Source: a virus
Virus genome (UHGV): UHGV-1362809
Direction: 5' to 3' (one strand)
Length of the DNA: 64,000 nt
Shown here: piece after piece, positions 39,022-47,586 of the stretch
Layout: each line of letters opens with the position of its first letter
Numbering within the stretch: position 1 is the first letter of the stretch
Notes under the pieces: model-generated
Databases searched by the model: none
Told to the model about the DNA's origin: nothing
What the model saw: only the letters and a program-made list of their open reading frames with translations
Translations under genes and position numbers: made by a program

Positions 39022-39107
39022 TTAGGTCAGCGTAAGTACTTCTTGTGAATGTATATGTAGTAGTATTTTTTGTACTGCTTAGATATGCGTTGCAAGGAGT
39101 ACTTACA

Positions 39108-39206
39108 ATGAAGTTTAAACAAGTTTTACTCTCGCTTAAATCATACTTTAAGATTCTTTATGAAGGTTTAGTTTGGGAATCCAACGGTATTGTTAAAGAT
39201 TTAAAG
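39108..39206 (+). CDS. N-terminal part of a small protein; candidate -1 frameshift fusion with the downstream frame
   Basis: RBS aaggag 8 nt upstream of ATG 39108; frame A turns into low-complexity nonsense (IIVIRIRIL) after the T_TTA_AAG site. Confidence 0.3.
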
Positions 39207-39538
39207 TTAAGAAAGCTTATACACAAGTTTTCAAGTGTAAGCCTAAAAATACATTTGAATACTGGTATAATCGTCATAAGGATAAGGATTTTAAATCCAA
39301 AGTTACTTGTCCAATGTGCGACAACGTTATAGACGTTGAATGTAAGTATTGCTGTAATAAATGTCGTAGACCAAATCCTAATTACAAAGTTTACAAAAAT
39401 AATTGGTATAAGAAATACGATACGAACTTAGATGCAATACTTCACACTGGTACATTGTTTGGCGGTTCTACGCATAAACGTATTACAAAACAATCACTTG
39501 TCAGATTGTATGGTTTAAGTGAGAGTAAAACTTTATAA
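39197..39538 (+). CDS. Cys-rich zinc-finger-like protein (CPMC...CKYCCNKC) in the -1 frame, lacking its own upstream start
   Basis: Frame B is open from 39197 and protein-like (KVKKAYTQVFKCKPKN...), but the first ATG is at 39314 inside the CxxC pair. Confidence 0.35.
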   Translation, partial: RFKVKKAYTQVFKCKPKNTFEYWYNRHKDKDFKSKVTCPMCDNVIDVECKYCCNKCRRPNPNYKVYKNNWYKKYDTNLDAILHTGTLFGGSTHKRITKQSLVRLYGLSESKTL

Positions 39539-39553
39539 CAAGAGGATTATATT

Positions 39554-40084
39554 ATGGCTACATATTATAACAAAGCTGGTGACCTAATTGTTTTAGCAAA
39601 TACCTGCATGGAAAAGGGCAAAACTAAAAAAGCCCTTGAATGTATGGAATTAGCTTTGCAGATGCCTGATATGCAGGATATCGTTGCAGGACTGCAGCAG
39701 TTAAACACCGTTGAAGCTAACGAAATTGAAGACGAAAACGAAGACGAAGAAGTTGAAATCGACGAATCCTGCGATGATAAAAATATGGACGACGAAGACA
39801 TCGAAGAATCCTGTGGTGACGACGAAGTTGAAGACGAAGTCGATATTGACGTAGACACGGATGACGAAGAAGATCCTGAAGAAGAAACTGCCTCTGACGA
39901 AGATGAAGATATTGATGAAGACGACGACGAAGATGACGCAGAGGAAGATGAAGATATTGATGAAGCTCGCCTTGATGAAGTTTTGTGTTCCTTACGCAAA
40001 CAGTACAATGTTACGAGTTCAATAAAATCCTCAAAAACATTGGGATCTCGTTTGGCGGCTTTAGCCAGTAAAGCTGGTAAGTAA
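39554..40084 (+). CDS. Acidic ESC-motif protein, paralogous in composition to the 35679 protein
   Basis: IDESCDDK and IEESCGDDE within a 100-aa D/E-rich block. Confidence 0.45.
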   Translation: MATYYNKAGDLIVLANTCMEKGKTKKALECMELALQMPDMQDIVAGLQQLNTVEANEIEDENEDEEVEIDESCDDKNMDDEDIEESCGDDEVEDEVDIDVDTDDEEDPEEETASDEDEDIDEDDDEDDAEEDEDIDEARLDEVLCSLRKQYNVTSSIKSSKTLGSRLAALASKAGK

Positions 40085-40164
40085 TTTTATTTACTATCAG
40101 CCTTTCAATTAGTAGGAGGTTAGGTGGATTCATCTAACCTCCTATTTTGATAAGTAGGTGGTAA

Positions 40165-40869
40165 ATGCAGCAAATAAACTCTTTTAGTAGTCCTATACTT
40201 ACGCAGTCTATTGAGTCTGTAGCAATAAAGTTGCGGGAAATTTGTGGTATACCAAACATCAAAGTTATGGGTATAACGGAACAGCAGTTTAATAGAGAGC
40301 TTGGTAGAGTACACTCCTCTGATAAGTTTGTTCCTTATTGGAATGTAATGCCTATTAGTATGGAAAATGATACAACATATAATTCATTCGTTGCATCTAA
40401 TATGGGATTTAGAACTCGTCAAGTAGGAGATTGTCTGTTCAAGTTTAAACTAATACCCGTTAAATTTATGCTAAGATGTATGTACTATACACAAAATACA
40501 CAGCAGTTATTAGCATGTATGCAAAAACTATCGTTTAATCAGCGACGTTCCTCATTTAGACTTAGTAGTGAATCAGGATTTGACGTAGATATTTGGACAC
40601 AGGTTGACTCCAGTTTAGAATTTCCTCAAAAGAATATGTCTACTGGCGAAAGCTATGTGCTTAGTACTACGATGAGTTTGCACACTTATGCCGGGGAAAT
40701 ATTTAAGTATATCCCAGTTAAGCAAATTAATGTTAATTTGATAGAGCAGGTAGGTAACGCACCTAAGGAAGAATCTAAACCGACATTTGTTCCTGAAATT
40801 GTGTTTACTGTTAAACAGATAGGAGAGGATGATGAACAATTTAAACAGGGCTGTGGTCGTACAAACTAA
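40165..40869 (+). CDS. Hypothetical structural-region protein
   Basis: 234-aa ORF. Confidence 0.45.
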   Translation: MQQINSFSSPILTQSIESVAIKLREICGIPNIKVMGITEQQFNRELGRVHSSDKFVPYWNVMPISMENDTTYNSFVASNMGFRTRQVGDCLFKFKLIPVKFMLRCMYYTQNTQQLLACMQKLSFNQRRSSFRLSSESGFDVDIWTQVDSSLEFPQKNMSTGESYVLSTTMSLHTYAGEIFKYIPVKQINVNLIEQVGNAPKEESKPTFVPEIVFTVKQIGEDDEQFKQGCGRTN

Positions 40870-41155
40870 AACAATACTATCGGGAGACAGAAAACGTTCC
40901 GTCATTGATGACAGTACGGTTTCAGCGGGTCTTGATGACGTTACTCAAAAAGAAATTGCGTTGTGTCCTGGACAGGAAGTATATATTACAGTCAATAAAT
41001 TTTTGTCATTTAGAGCCTCTGATACCGTTCAAATGGTGATAGATGTTGGACAGCCTCTTGACTTGCAGTTTATAAACTGTATAGGAACATTAGGAACTGT
41101 TACATTTACAAATACTACTTCCAATATTGTTACGGCTACTATACTTTATGGTTAG
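40829..41155 (+). CDS. Hypothetical protein
   Basis: RBS aggagagg upstream. Confidence 0.4.
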   Translation: MMNNLNRAVVVQTKTILSGDRKRSVIDDSTVSAGLDDVTQKEIALCPGQEVYITVNKFLSFRASDTVQMVIDVGQPLDLQFINCIGTLGTVTFTNTTSNIVTATILYG

Positions 41156-41452
41156 GAGACCAAAATGAAAACAATTAAAAACACGGCTAATTATGCCATT
41201 GATTTAAAATCTACTGATGGTGATTCTGTTACGGTTAATCCTGGCGTGTCAAAAGTAGATGATAAATTTTTGGTTAATTTACCTCCCAAAATTATTATAT
41301 TAAAATAATGACTTTATGCTTAATGTAAAATCAATCCGAAAACTTGTTAATAGCATAGCTAAAGAATACTCAGAACTATGTGAAATTAGTTCCAAGACAT
41401 TAGCATAAAATCCGAAGTATGACAAAGTACGCTCTAAAATAAAAACCTATAT

Positions 41453-41980
41453 TTGGTGATTTTTACTGCCCGCAACTGTTGTACTGGATTGCTAATGATA
41501 CAGTTGAAAAAGATTGTGTATGCCATAAATGTGGGCGTCATACAAAATGGAATTATACAACACACTGCTATAATACTTTTTGTAGTAGGGAGTGATAAAG
41601 GAATAGAAACTAAGCGTGTTAATAATACATTAAATAGTTCTAACCCTGAAAAACAGGTATTGGAATTATTATGTACAAGGTATAAGAACGTAAAGGTTCA
41701 GTACAAGACTGATTTGTATCCTTGGCACTGCGATTTTTATATTCCTTGAATAAAGACTTGTATAGAACTCAACTTTCCTTGGACACACGGTTCCGAACCC
41801 TACAACAGTAGGTCTAAACTGCACGAACAAAAGTTAGCGGATTGGAAACAGAAAAGCCTAAAATCAAAATTTTATTCAACAGCTATTTATGTTTGGACAC
41901 GTCTTGACGTGCAAAAGCGTAAATGTGCTAAAACAAATAATCTAAAATACTATGAATTTTATAGTATGCAACAGTTTTAA
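41453..41980 (+). pseudogene. PD-(D/E)xK endonuclease (DUF559/Vsr-like), disrupted by an in-frame TGA at 41747-41749
   Basis: ...YPWHCDFYIP-TGA-IKTCIELNFPWTHG... matches the D-FY-P....IE.DG..H core of DUF559-type endonucleases, continuous in one frame across the stop; low coding density around it. Confidence 0.4.
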
Positions 41981-42004
41981 ATTTCTTTTATAGGAGAAAT
42001 TAGC

Positions 42005-44602
42005 ATGAGTTTTGGCATCACGGCTGGGGTGTACATGTATGAAGTTGATAGAAGTAGCTTTGTTACTTCTACAGCGACATCTATTGGGGCTTGCGTGGCA
42101 GGTTTAAAACAGGGTCCTTTAGGTCCTAAGTATATTACCTCTACGGAAGAGTTCCTTAGATACTACGGAGAAACCCCTGCTTCTTGGAGTAAAGCTCCTT
42201 ATTGTATCAAGGCTGCCCTAAGGCAGACTTCTATGTTTTATGTCAATCGTGTTGTTAATGGAGCTTTGTACGGTGGTACGGCATACTTTAATGACGTTGA
42301 CAATAATCGCACAATGACGGCTCCTTTTCCTACGGGGTCTTCTTTGGACTACGAAAGTGGCTCTCGTTCGTTGAGTCTATTGACTTTAAGTTCCTATTTA
42401 TCTGAAGGTCAGAAAATTTCAGTTGGCATCAATGATGGTGAAAACAACATCGTTACTGTTGAACAGGAATTTTCAACTTCTTCTAACGAAACATTGTTAG
42501 ATTTTGCCACTAAGATTAACGACGAGCTGGCTAAACTGGGTAGTGGTGGTAATGCGTCCGTTATTAAAGAATGGACGAGTGCCGCTCGTAATCAGCAAAT
42601 TACCCTAACATTTAACGAACAGCTAACTGCTGAAAACTTTACAAAAATTAGCGGTAAGATACTTCCCTTAGGTGGTGTAGCTCAACCGTATGAAGTTGGA
42701 TTTACTGAATCCAATGACAAAACACTTCAGGCTATCGCCGATGCCTTTAGTAAAATTGTTGGGTTTAATGCCGCCGTCGTTCCCGGATTGACTGGTGAAA
42801 ACAGCAACCGTAGTATTCAAATCAATAGTGAATTAGCTGGTCCTGATAACTTCACCCTCCAATTTCAAATTGAAGGAACGGCTACTGCAAGTCAGAGTGT
42901 TACTAAGCAGGGTCATGGTGTGTATGACGACCGAGTGATTCAGGTGACCTTCCCAGAAAATAGTCAGGCTTTCTTTGCGGATCCTGATGTTACTGGTAAT
43001 GCTGCCCCTGTACTTTCTATTCAGACCGATGTGAAGTTTTTAGACATTTTTGCGCAGAATCCTGGCGAATGGGCTAATAACTATGGCGTAAAAATAACGA
43101 ATGTTGACTTGGGTATTGCTTCTAGACATACCATTACATTGTCTCAGGCACTATTGCCTACAAACATCATTTCAGCTGACCTAATTTGGAAAGGTGAAAC
43201 GCATACAGTAGCAGTAGAGTTTAGTCAAACCAGTGATAACACCTTAGACCTATTTGCTAAGGCTATTACAGAAAAACTTGCTCCTTTGGGTGGTTTCGGT
43301 GAAGCTTTTGTTACAAAGGTTGCCGGAGGCTACGATAATGACAGAGACGTTATTGTTGTTTCTCCTAATGCTGAAGACGATTTAGAAATCGAAAATGTAA
43401 TCGTTACTGGAGGAACGAGTCAGGCTATTTGCACCGTTAAAAAGACATTAGATGCTATTCCTTCTTCCCGTACATTTACTTTAAGCGTGTATTCAAGAAG
43501 CGATATAAACACCCCTATTGAAACGTTCAAATGCGCCTTTAATAAACAAACTGATAGCAATGGTAATCAGTTGTTCGTTGAAGACGTTGTTAATAACGAA
43601 TCCAGCGGTTCTATTTATATTCGTGTGAAGACCAATCCAAGTGCGGAATTAAAAATCTTGCAGGAAGATTCGGTTATCAGATGGATGGCAGCTGGTGACG
43701 ATGGTGCATTACCGACAAACGCACAAATCATCAAGGGCTGGAATGATTTTGAAGACCCAGAAAAAATTACCGTGCGTGTTTTGATTAACGGTGGTTATAC
43801 GAACGTTGCAGTTCAGCAAGCAATGGATAGTTTAGCACAGTCCCGTAAGGATTGCTTCGCAATTTTGGATTGCCCAAGTGATAAACAATCTGCTACTGCC
43901 TATGTCAACTATCGTAAATATGATCTCAATATCAATAGTAGTTATTCGGCTATTTATGGACCAGACCTATTGATTACAGATGATACTACGGGCGAACAGT
44001 TGTATGTTCCTCCCAGTGGTCACGTTGCCGCACAGTATTTCTATACTGATTCAGTAAGAGATACTTGGTGGGCTCCTGCGGGTCTTAACCGTGGTCTTGT
44101 TCTTAATGTTCAAGGGTTGAGATTCCAGTATGGTAAAGGCGATAGACCCATTTTGGATATGGCTCAGTGCAACTACATTCGTAGTATGTCTGGTCTTGGT
44201 TACCCAATTTGGTCTGAACACACTTTGCAGTCTAAATCAAGTGCGCTGAGCGACGTTCACGTTAGACGTTTGCTTATTACTCTTGAAGTTAGTATTGCCG
44301 ATTACTTGCAGTATGGTTTGTTTGATCCTAATGACCAGTACACCAGAGACGCTTTGGTGGATAGCATTAGAGATTACTTGACAACTATTCAGCGTCGCCG
44401 TGCGTTCCAGATTACCACCGAGGGTGAAGATGGGTTCTATGTCGTTAGCGATGAATCCAACAACCCTGCGGAACAGGTTGACCAAGGCATTATGGTGATT
44501 GACGTAGCTATTAAGCCTATTAGAGTTGCGAAATTCATCAGACTTAATGTTACGATTGCTAAGACAAGTGCTAACTTTACTGAACTATTAGAAGCAGCGT
44601 AA
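42005..44602 (+). CDS. Contractile tail sheath protein
   Basis: N-terminal pattern GVYMYEVDRSS...TSIGACVAGLKQGPLG...ITSTEEFLRYYGE typical of myovirus sheath N-termini; 865 aa; followed by a tube-sized gene. Confidence 0.65.
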   Translation: MSFGITAGVYMYEVDRSSFVTSTATSIGACVAGLKQGPLGPKYITSTEEFLRYYGETPASWSKAPYCIKAALRQTSMFYVNRVVNGALYGGTAYFNDVDNNRTMTAPFPTGSSLDYESGSRSLSLLTLSSYLSEGQKISVGINDGENNIVTVEQEFSTSSNETLLDFATKINDELAKLGSGGNASVIKEWTSAARNQQITLTFNEQLTAENFTKISGKILPLGGVAQPYEVGFTESNDKTLQAIADAFSKIVGFNAAVVPGLTGENSNRSIQINSELAGPDNFTLQFQIEGTATASQSVTKQGHGVYDDRVIQVTFPENSQAFFADPDVTGNAAPVLSIQTDVKFLDIFAQNPGEWANNYGVKITNVDLGIASRHTITLSQALLPTNIISADLIWKGETHTVAVEFSQTSDNTLDLFAKAITEKLAPLGGFGEAFVTKVAGGYDNDRDVIVVSPNAEDDLEIENVIVTGGTSQAICTVKKTLDAIPSSRTFTLSVYSRSDINTPIETFKCAFNKQTDSNGNQLFVEDVVNNESSGSIYIRVKTNPSAELKILQEDSVIRWMAAGDDGALPTNAQIIKGWNDFEDPEKITVRVLINGGYTNVAVQQAMDSLAQSRKDCFAILDCPSDKQSATAYVNYRKYDLNINSSYSAIYGPDLLITDDTTGEQLYVPPSGHVAAQYFYTDSVRDTWWAPAGLNRGLVLNVQGLRFQYGKGDRPILDMAQCNYIRSMSGLGYPIWSEHTLQSKSSALSDVHVRRLLITLEVSIADYLQYGLFDPNDQYTRDALVDSIRDYLTTIQRRRAFQITTEGEDGFYVVSDESNNPAEQVDQGIMVIDVAIKPIRVAKFIRLNVTIAKTSANFTELLEAA

Positions 44603-44613
44603 TGGAGGAATAA

Positions 44614-45159
44614 ATGGTTACTCGTTATAATTATACAACAGAAACGTTGGGTAATCTAACCGACGTAATGACGACGGACGCATTTATTGTGCAGTTCGCC
44701 AAGATACCAAGTTTGAGTGGTACTTCTACCGACTTGGCTCTAAGATGTTCAGGTGTTTCGTTGCCCGGCGTTTCAAACCAAAAAGTTCCTGTTGACATTC
44801 ATGGCTATCAGATGTACTTCCGTGGTAAGAAAACAACGGGTGGCGGTGATATTACTTTGACATTTACCGAGTTTAAGGACGTCAAGGTAGGAAAGACCTT
44901 AATGAGTTGGCACGAATTTGTTGTTGGCACTTCAACTGGTAACTCTAAAGGTTATAAATCAGTGTATTCAACAACGATGACAGTCACAGCGTTTGATGTA
45001 ACTGGTAAGGCAGCCTTGCAGTATAGATGTTTTAATGTGTTTCCAACAAGTGTTCCTGGAGTTACTTTAGATAGTACGAACGTTACTCCAATGCAATTAC
45101 AGTGTACATTTAGCACAGACTACTATTTGCAAGTGCAACCTCTCGTGTTGCCATTGTAA
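44614..45159 (+). CDS. Putative tail tube protein
   Basis: 181-aa gene immediately downstream of the sheath, as in T4 gp18/gp19. Confidence 0.45.
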   Translation: MVTRYNYTTETLGNLTDVMTTDAFIVQFAKIPSLSGTSTDLALRCSGVSLPGVSNQKVPVDIHGYQMYFRGKKTTGGGDITLTFTEFKDVKVGKTLMSWHEFVVGTSTGNSKGYKSVYSTTMTVTAFDVTGKAALQYRCFNVFPTSVPGVTLDSTNVTPMQLQCTFSTDYYLQVQPLVLPL

Positions 45160-45165
45160 CAAATT

Positions 45166-45193
45166 CGGGTGTGCAGGGAAACTTGCGCACCCG
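45166..45193 (+). terminator. Terminator hairpin cgggtgtgca/tgcgcacccg
   Basis: 10-bp stem (one G-U) after the tube gene, followed by the AT-rich motif. Confidence 0.45.
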
Positions 45194-45210
45194 ATAATTT
45201 TTATATATAA
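45194..45210 (+). promoter_or_regulatory. Late-promoter-like motif ataatttttatatataa
   Basis: Copy of the conserved motif 23 nt upstream of gene 45233. Confidence 0.4.
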
Positions 45211-45232
45211 CAGTTTTATGGGGTAATATAAT

Positions 45233-45706
45233 ATGCCTATTAATGTAGTAGACGGGTTTAATATATCAAGTGCGTTACCCTTAGACTTGCGTACTGTGTA
45301 CAATACAGTGGAGGAAGCACTTGTAAGCATACACGAATACCAAAGATACGATGGACTTACTGTTTGGATTAAATCCTTACAAAAGTCCTACAGATTTGTT
45401 GGTGGTACGGATAATTCAAATTTCCAGGAAGTAAAAACAGGTAGTACTGGTGGCGCAGGTGTAAAGTATTTTGAATATAGTTTTACAGAGCAAGATTTTG
45501 ACGAGCAGTCTAAGCTATTGAGTATAAAGTCCCCCCAACATGGTTTAGGAAATAAAATTATAGTTGGATACGTACAAAAAAATATTGACTCTAAGTGGTG
45601 TGACGTTTTGTATGATTACTGTGTACAGGACGGAAATATCATATTAGATTTGGGTATCCCTTCAAGCGGAAGGGTACTATTATTTTCAGTTGAAGGAGGT
45701 AACTAA
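45233..45706 (+). CDS. Hypothetical tail-associated protein
   Basis: 157-aa ORF. Confidence 0.45.
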   Translation: MPINVVDGFNISSALPLDLRTVYNTVEEALVSIHEYQRYDGLTVWIKSLQKSYRFVGGTDNSNFQEVKTGSTGGAGVKYFEYSFTEQDFDEQSKLLSIKSPQHGLGNKIIVGYVQKNIDSKWCDVLYDYCVQDGNIILDLGIPSSGRVLLFSVEGGN

Positions 45707-47574
45707 TGTCTGTAGAGTTATTAGGTACTACTAAAAGACAGTTTATAGACCAGTTAAATACTGAATTATCTTCTAAAGCTGATAGTGCCACTGTTAATAC
45801 TTTAGAGTCAACAGTGCTTGAACTTGATGATTCTTTAACGACTGTTAAGAATAATCAGTCTGAACTGGGGGATCAAGTACAAGGTATTCAGGCGGATACA
45901 AATACTCTCAAACAAAGTGTAACTGCTCTTTCCTCTGATATGAAGGCAACAAAAGAGGGTTTGGAAAATTTAACAACGCAGGTGCAGACAAATTATACTG
46001 ATTTAGACTCCGCACAAACAGTTTCCAATAAAACTTTGGTGGACGCTACAGTAAAAGATAAACTGCACATTGTTGGAGACAAATCCGTTGGTGAAACTTT
46101 CGATGTTTCCTTTGTCAATAACACAGCCCAGTTAGCCACTAATAATGGTTTAGATATTTTATCTAATACCACATTTTTGACTTTACCAAGCACAGAGGCT
46201 ACTACTTCCTACGATGAAGCTGACGTAAAAAACTTTGTCACTAAACAGATGGTATCCCAGGCTGTTAGTAAAGTATCGGAAGGTTATGTAGACTTAGATT
46301 CTAAACAGACTCTAAAAAATAAAACCTTAGAATTTCCTACTATTACTAAGGAATTAGTTATAGAAAATGATGCGACCGCAGGGGAAGTTTTGACCGTCAA
46401 GTTTATGGACGGAACTCCTCAAATTGGGTCTAATAATGAAATTGATTTTCTTAACAAAGTAGACTTTATGGTGTTGCCTGTTACTCAGGATAACACAACG
46501 TTTGATGTAGCTGAAAATAATTCCTTTATAACAAAAGGTATGGCTCAGGGTAATTTTATTACTGCCACACAACAGACGTTTACAGAGGAACAAAAAACTA
46601 CTATACGGTCTAACATAGACGCACTTCAAGGGTCTGTGTACTCCGCAAAAATAGAAAATTTGGACTCTTCCGTAGGAGGCATACAAACCGCTATACAAGG
46701 TATAAACTCCGATATATCTACCATAAATTCTTCATTGGAGAATAAGGCTGATAAAAGTACTACTTTGCAGGGTTATGGAATTGAAGACGCTTACACAAAA
46801 AATGAGATAGACACTCAGATTAGCGACCTCGACTCAAAAATATCTAGCATAGATACTTCTACTTTTGTTGCTGTGAAACCACAAACTTGGACAGACGCAC
46901 AGAAGTTACAGGCTCGCACAAATATAGGTGTTCCTTCAAAAGTTAGTGAACTTTCTAACGACCTAAACTTCATAGATAAAAATGTTTCTGACCTGACTAA
47001 TTATACCACTACAACTGTTTTAAATCAGCAGTTAGCTCAAAAACAAAAAACTCTAATTGCTGGTTATGGTATAACCATAGAAGACGATGGTACGATTAGT
47101 TCCACAGGTGGCGGTGGAGGTGGTACGATAGATGCATATACAAAAGCTCAGTGCGATGAAAAGTTTGGGCTTAAGCAGTACCAACACTGGCACGATAATA
47201 AGGATATTTTGGACGATTTAACGGTTGTTAATGACGACACCCTGTTATTCAGAGGTAAGCCTGTTGCCGTAATGGCTACTAAGGTGTTTAACCACACCTA
47301 CACAGGAAACACGGACAGTATCCAACAGGTATTGGATATCAGTCAAGTGTTTGCCCAAGTAGCTGGTACTGCAATTTATAATCAGCAGTTTACTATCGGC
47401 AATATGTCAACGTCAGACACTTTGACAGTGCAAGTTAAACAGGAAGATTTAGTAATTCTAAATCAAGTAATAAAAGCCTCCGAAGTACAATCTTATGAAT
47501 TAAATCATAGTAGTAGCCTAAAAATCCTTATAAAAGGAAATTATAAGCTTATTTATGATTTGATTGCTTTTTAA
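45706..47574 (+). CDS. Tail fibre protein with N-terminal coiled-coil, two ~97-aa tandem repeats and a Gly-run
   Basis: Repeats starting YTDLDSAQTVSNKTL and YVDLDSKQTLKNKTL; GGGGGGT; Ser/Thr/Asn-rich fibre-like composition. Confidence 0.55.
   Translation: MSVELLGTTKRQFIDQLNTELSSKADSATVNTLESTVLELDDSLTTVKNNQSELGDQVQGIQADTNTLKQSVTALSSDMKATKEGLENLTTQVQTNYTDLDSAQTVSNKTLVDATVKDKLHIVGDKSVGETFDVSFVNNTAQLATNNGLDILSNTTFLTLPSTEATTSYDEADVKNFVTKQMVSQAVSKVSEGYVDLDSKQTLKNKTLEFPTITKELVIENDATAGEVLTVKFMDGTPQIGSNNEIDFLNKVDFMVLPVTQDNTTFDVAENNSFITKGMAQGNFITATQQTFTEEQKTTIRSNIDALQGSVYSAKIENLDSSVGGIQTAIQGINSDISTINSSLENKADKSTTLQGYGIEDAYTKNEIDTQISDLDSKISSIDTSTFVAVKPQTWTDAQKLQARTNIGVPSKVSELSNDLNFIDKNVSDLTNYTTTTVLNQQLAQKQKTLIAGYGITIEDDGTISSTGGGGGGTIDAYTKAQCDEKFGLKQYQHWHDNKDILDDLTVVNDDTLLFRGKPVAVMATKVFNHTYTGNTDSIQQVLDISQVFAQVAGTAIYNQQFTIGNMSTSDTLTVQVKQEDLVILNQVIKASEVQSYELNHSSSLKILIKGNYKLIYDLIAF
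45994..46560 (+). repeat. Intragenic tandem duplication (2 x ~290 nt) encoding repeated fibre domains
   Basis: Protein-level repeat units aa 97-193 and 194-~285 of the fibre ORF. Confidence 0.5.
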
Positions 47575-47586
47575 AAGGGATAAGAA

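Noticed and set aside
39033-39105. Long-range inverted repeat taagtact...agtactta overlapping the RBS of ORF 39108 as a translational control hairpin
   Set aside because: It is only an 8-bp repeat with a ~57-nt AT-rich loop, with marginal predicted stability and no supporting comparative data.
41747-41749. Genome-wide TGA recoding (TGA as sense codon) suggested by the in-frame TGA in the endonuclease remnant
   Set aside because: TGA terminates several well-supported genes, for example the GyrA-like gene at 17761-17763 and ORFs ending at 24513, 3918 and 39538. An isolated nonsense mutation in a decaying gene is the simpler explanation.
41160-42004. tRNA genes in the low-coding-density gaps (41.2-42.0 kb, 10.3-10.4 kb, 62.6-62.75 kb)
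   Set aside because: I could not find a 70-90 nt segment with acceptor, anticodon and T-arm pairing plus a GTTC-like T-loop by eye. tRNAscan-SE or ARAGORN should be run to confirm absence.
45994-46560. CRISPR-like or satellite repeat
   Set aside because: The repeat is a protein-coding tandem duplication inside the fibre gene, ~290-nt units with diverged sequence. There are no short spacer-interspersed direct repeats anywhere in the window.
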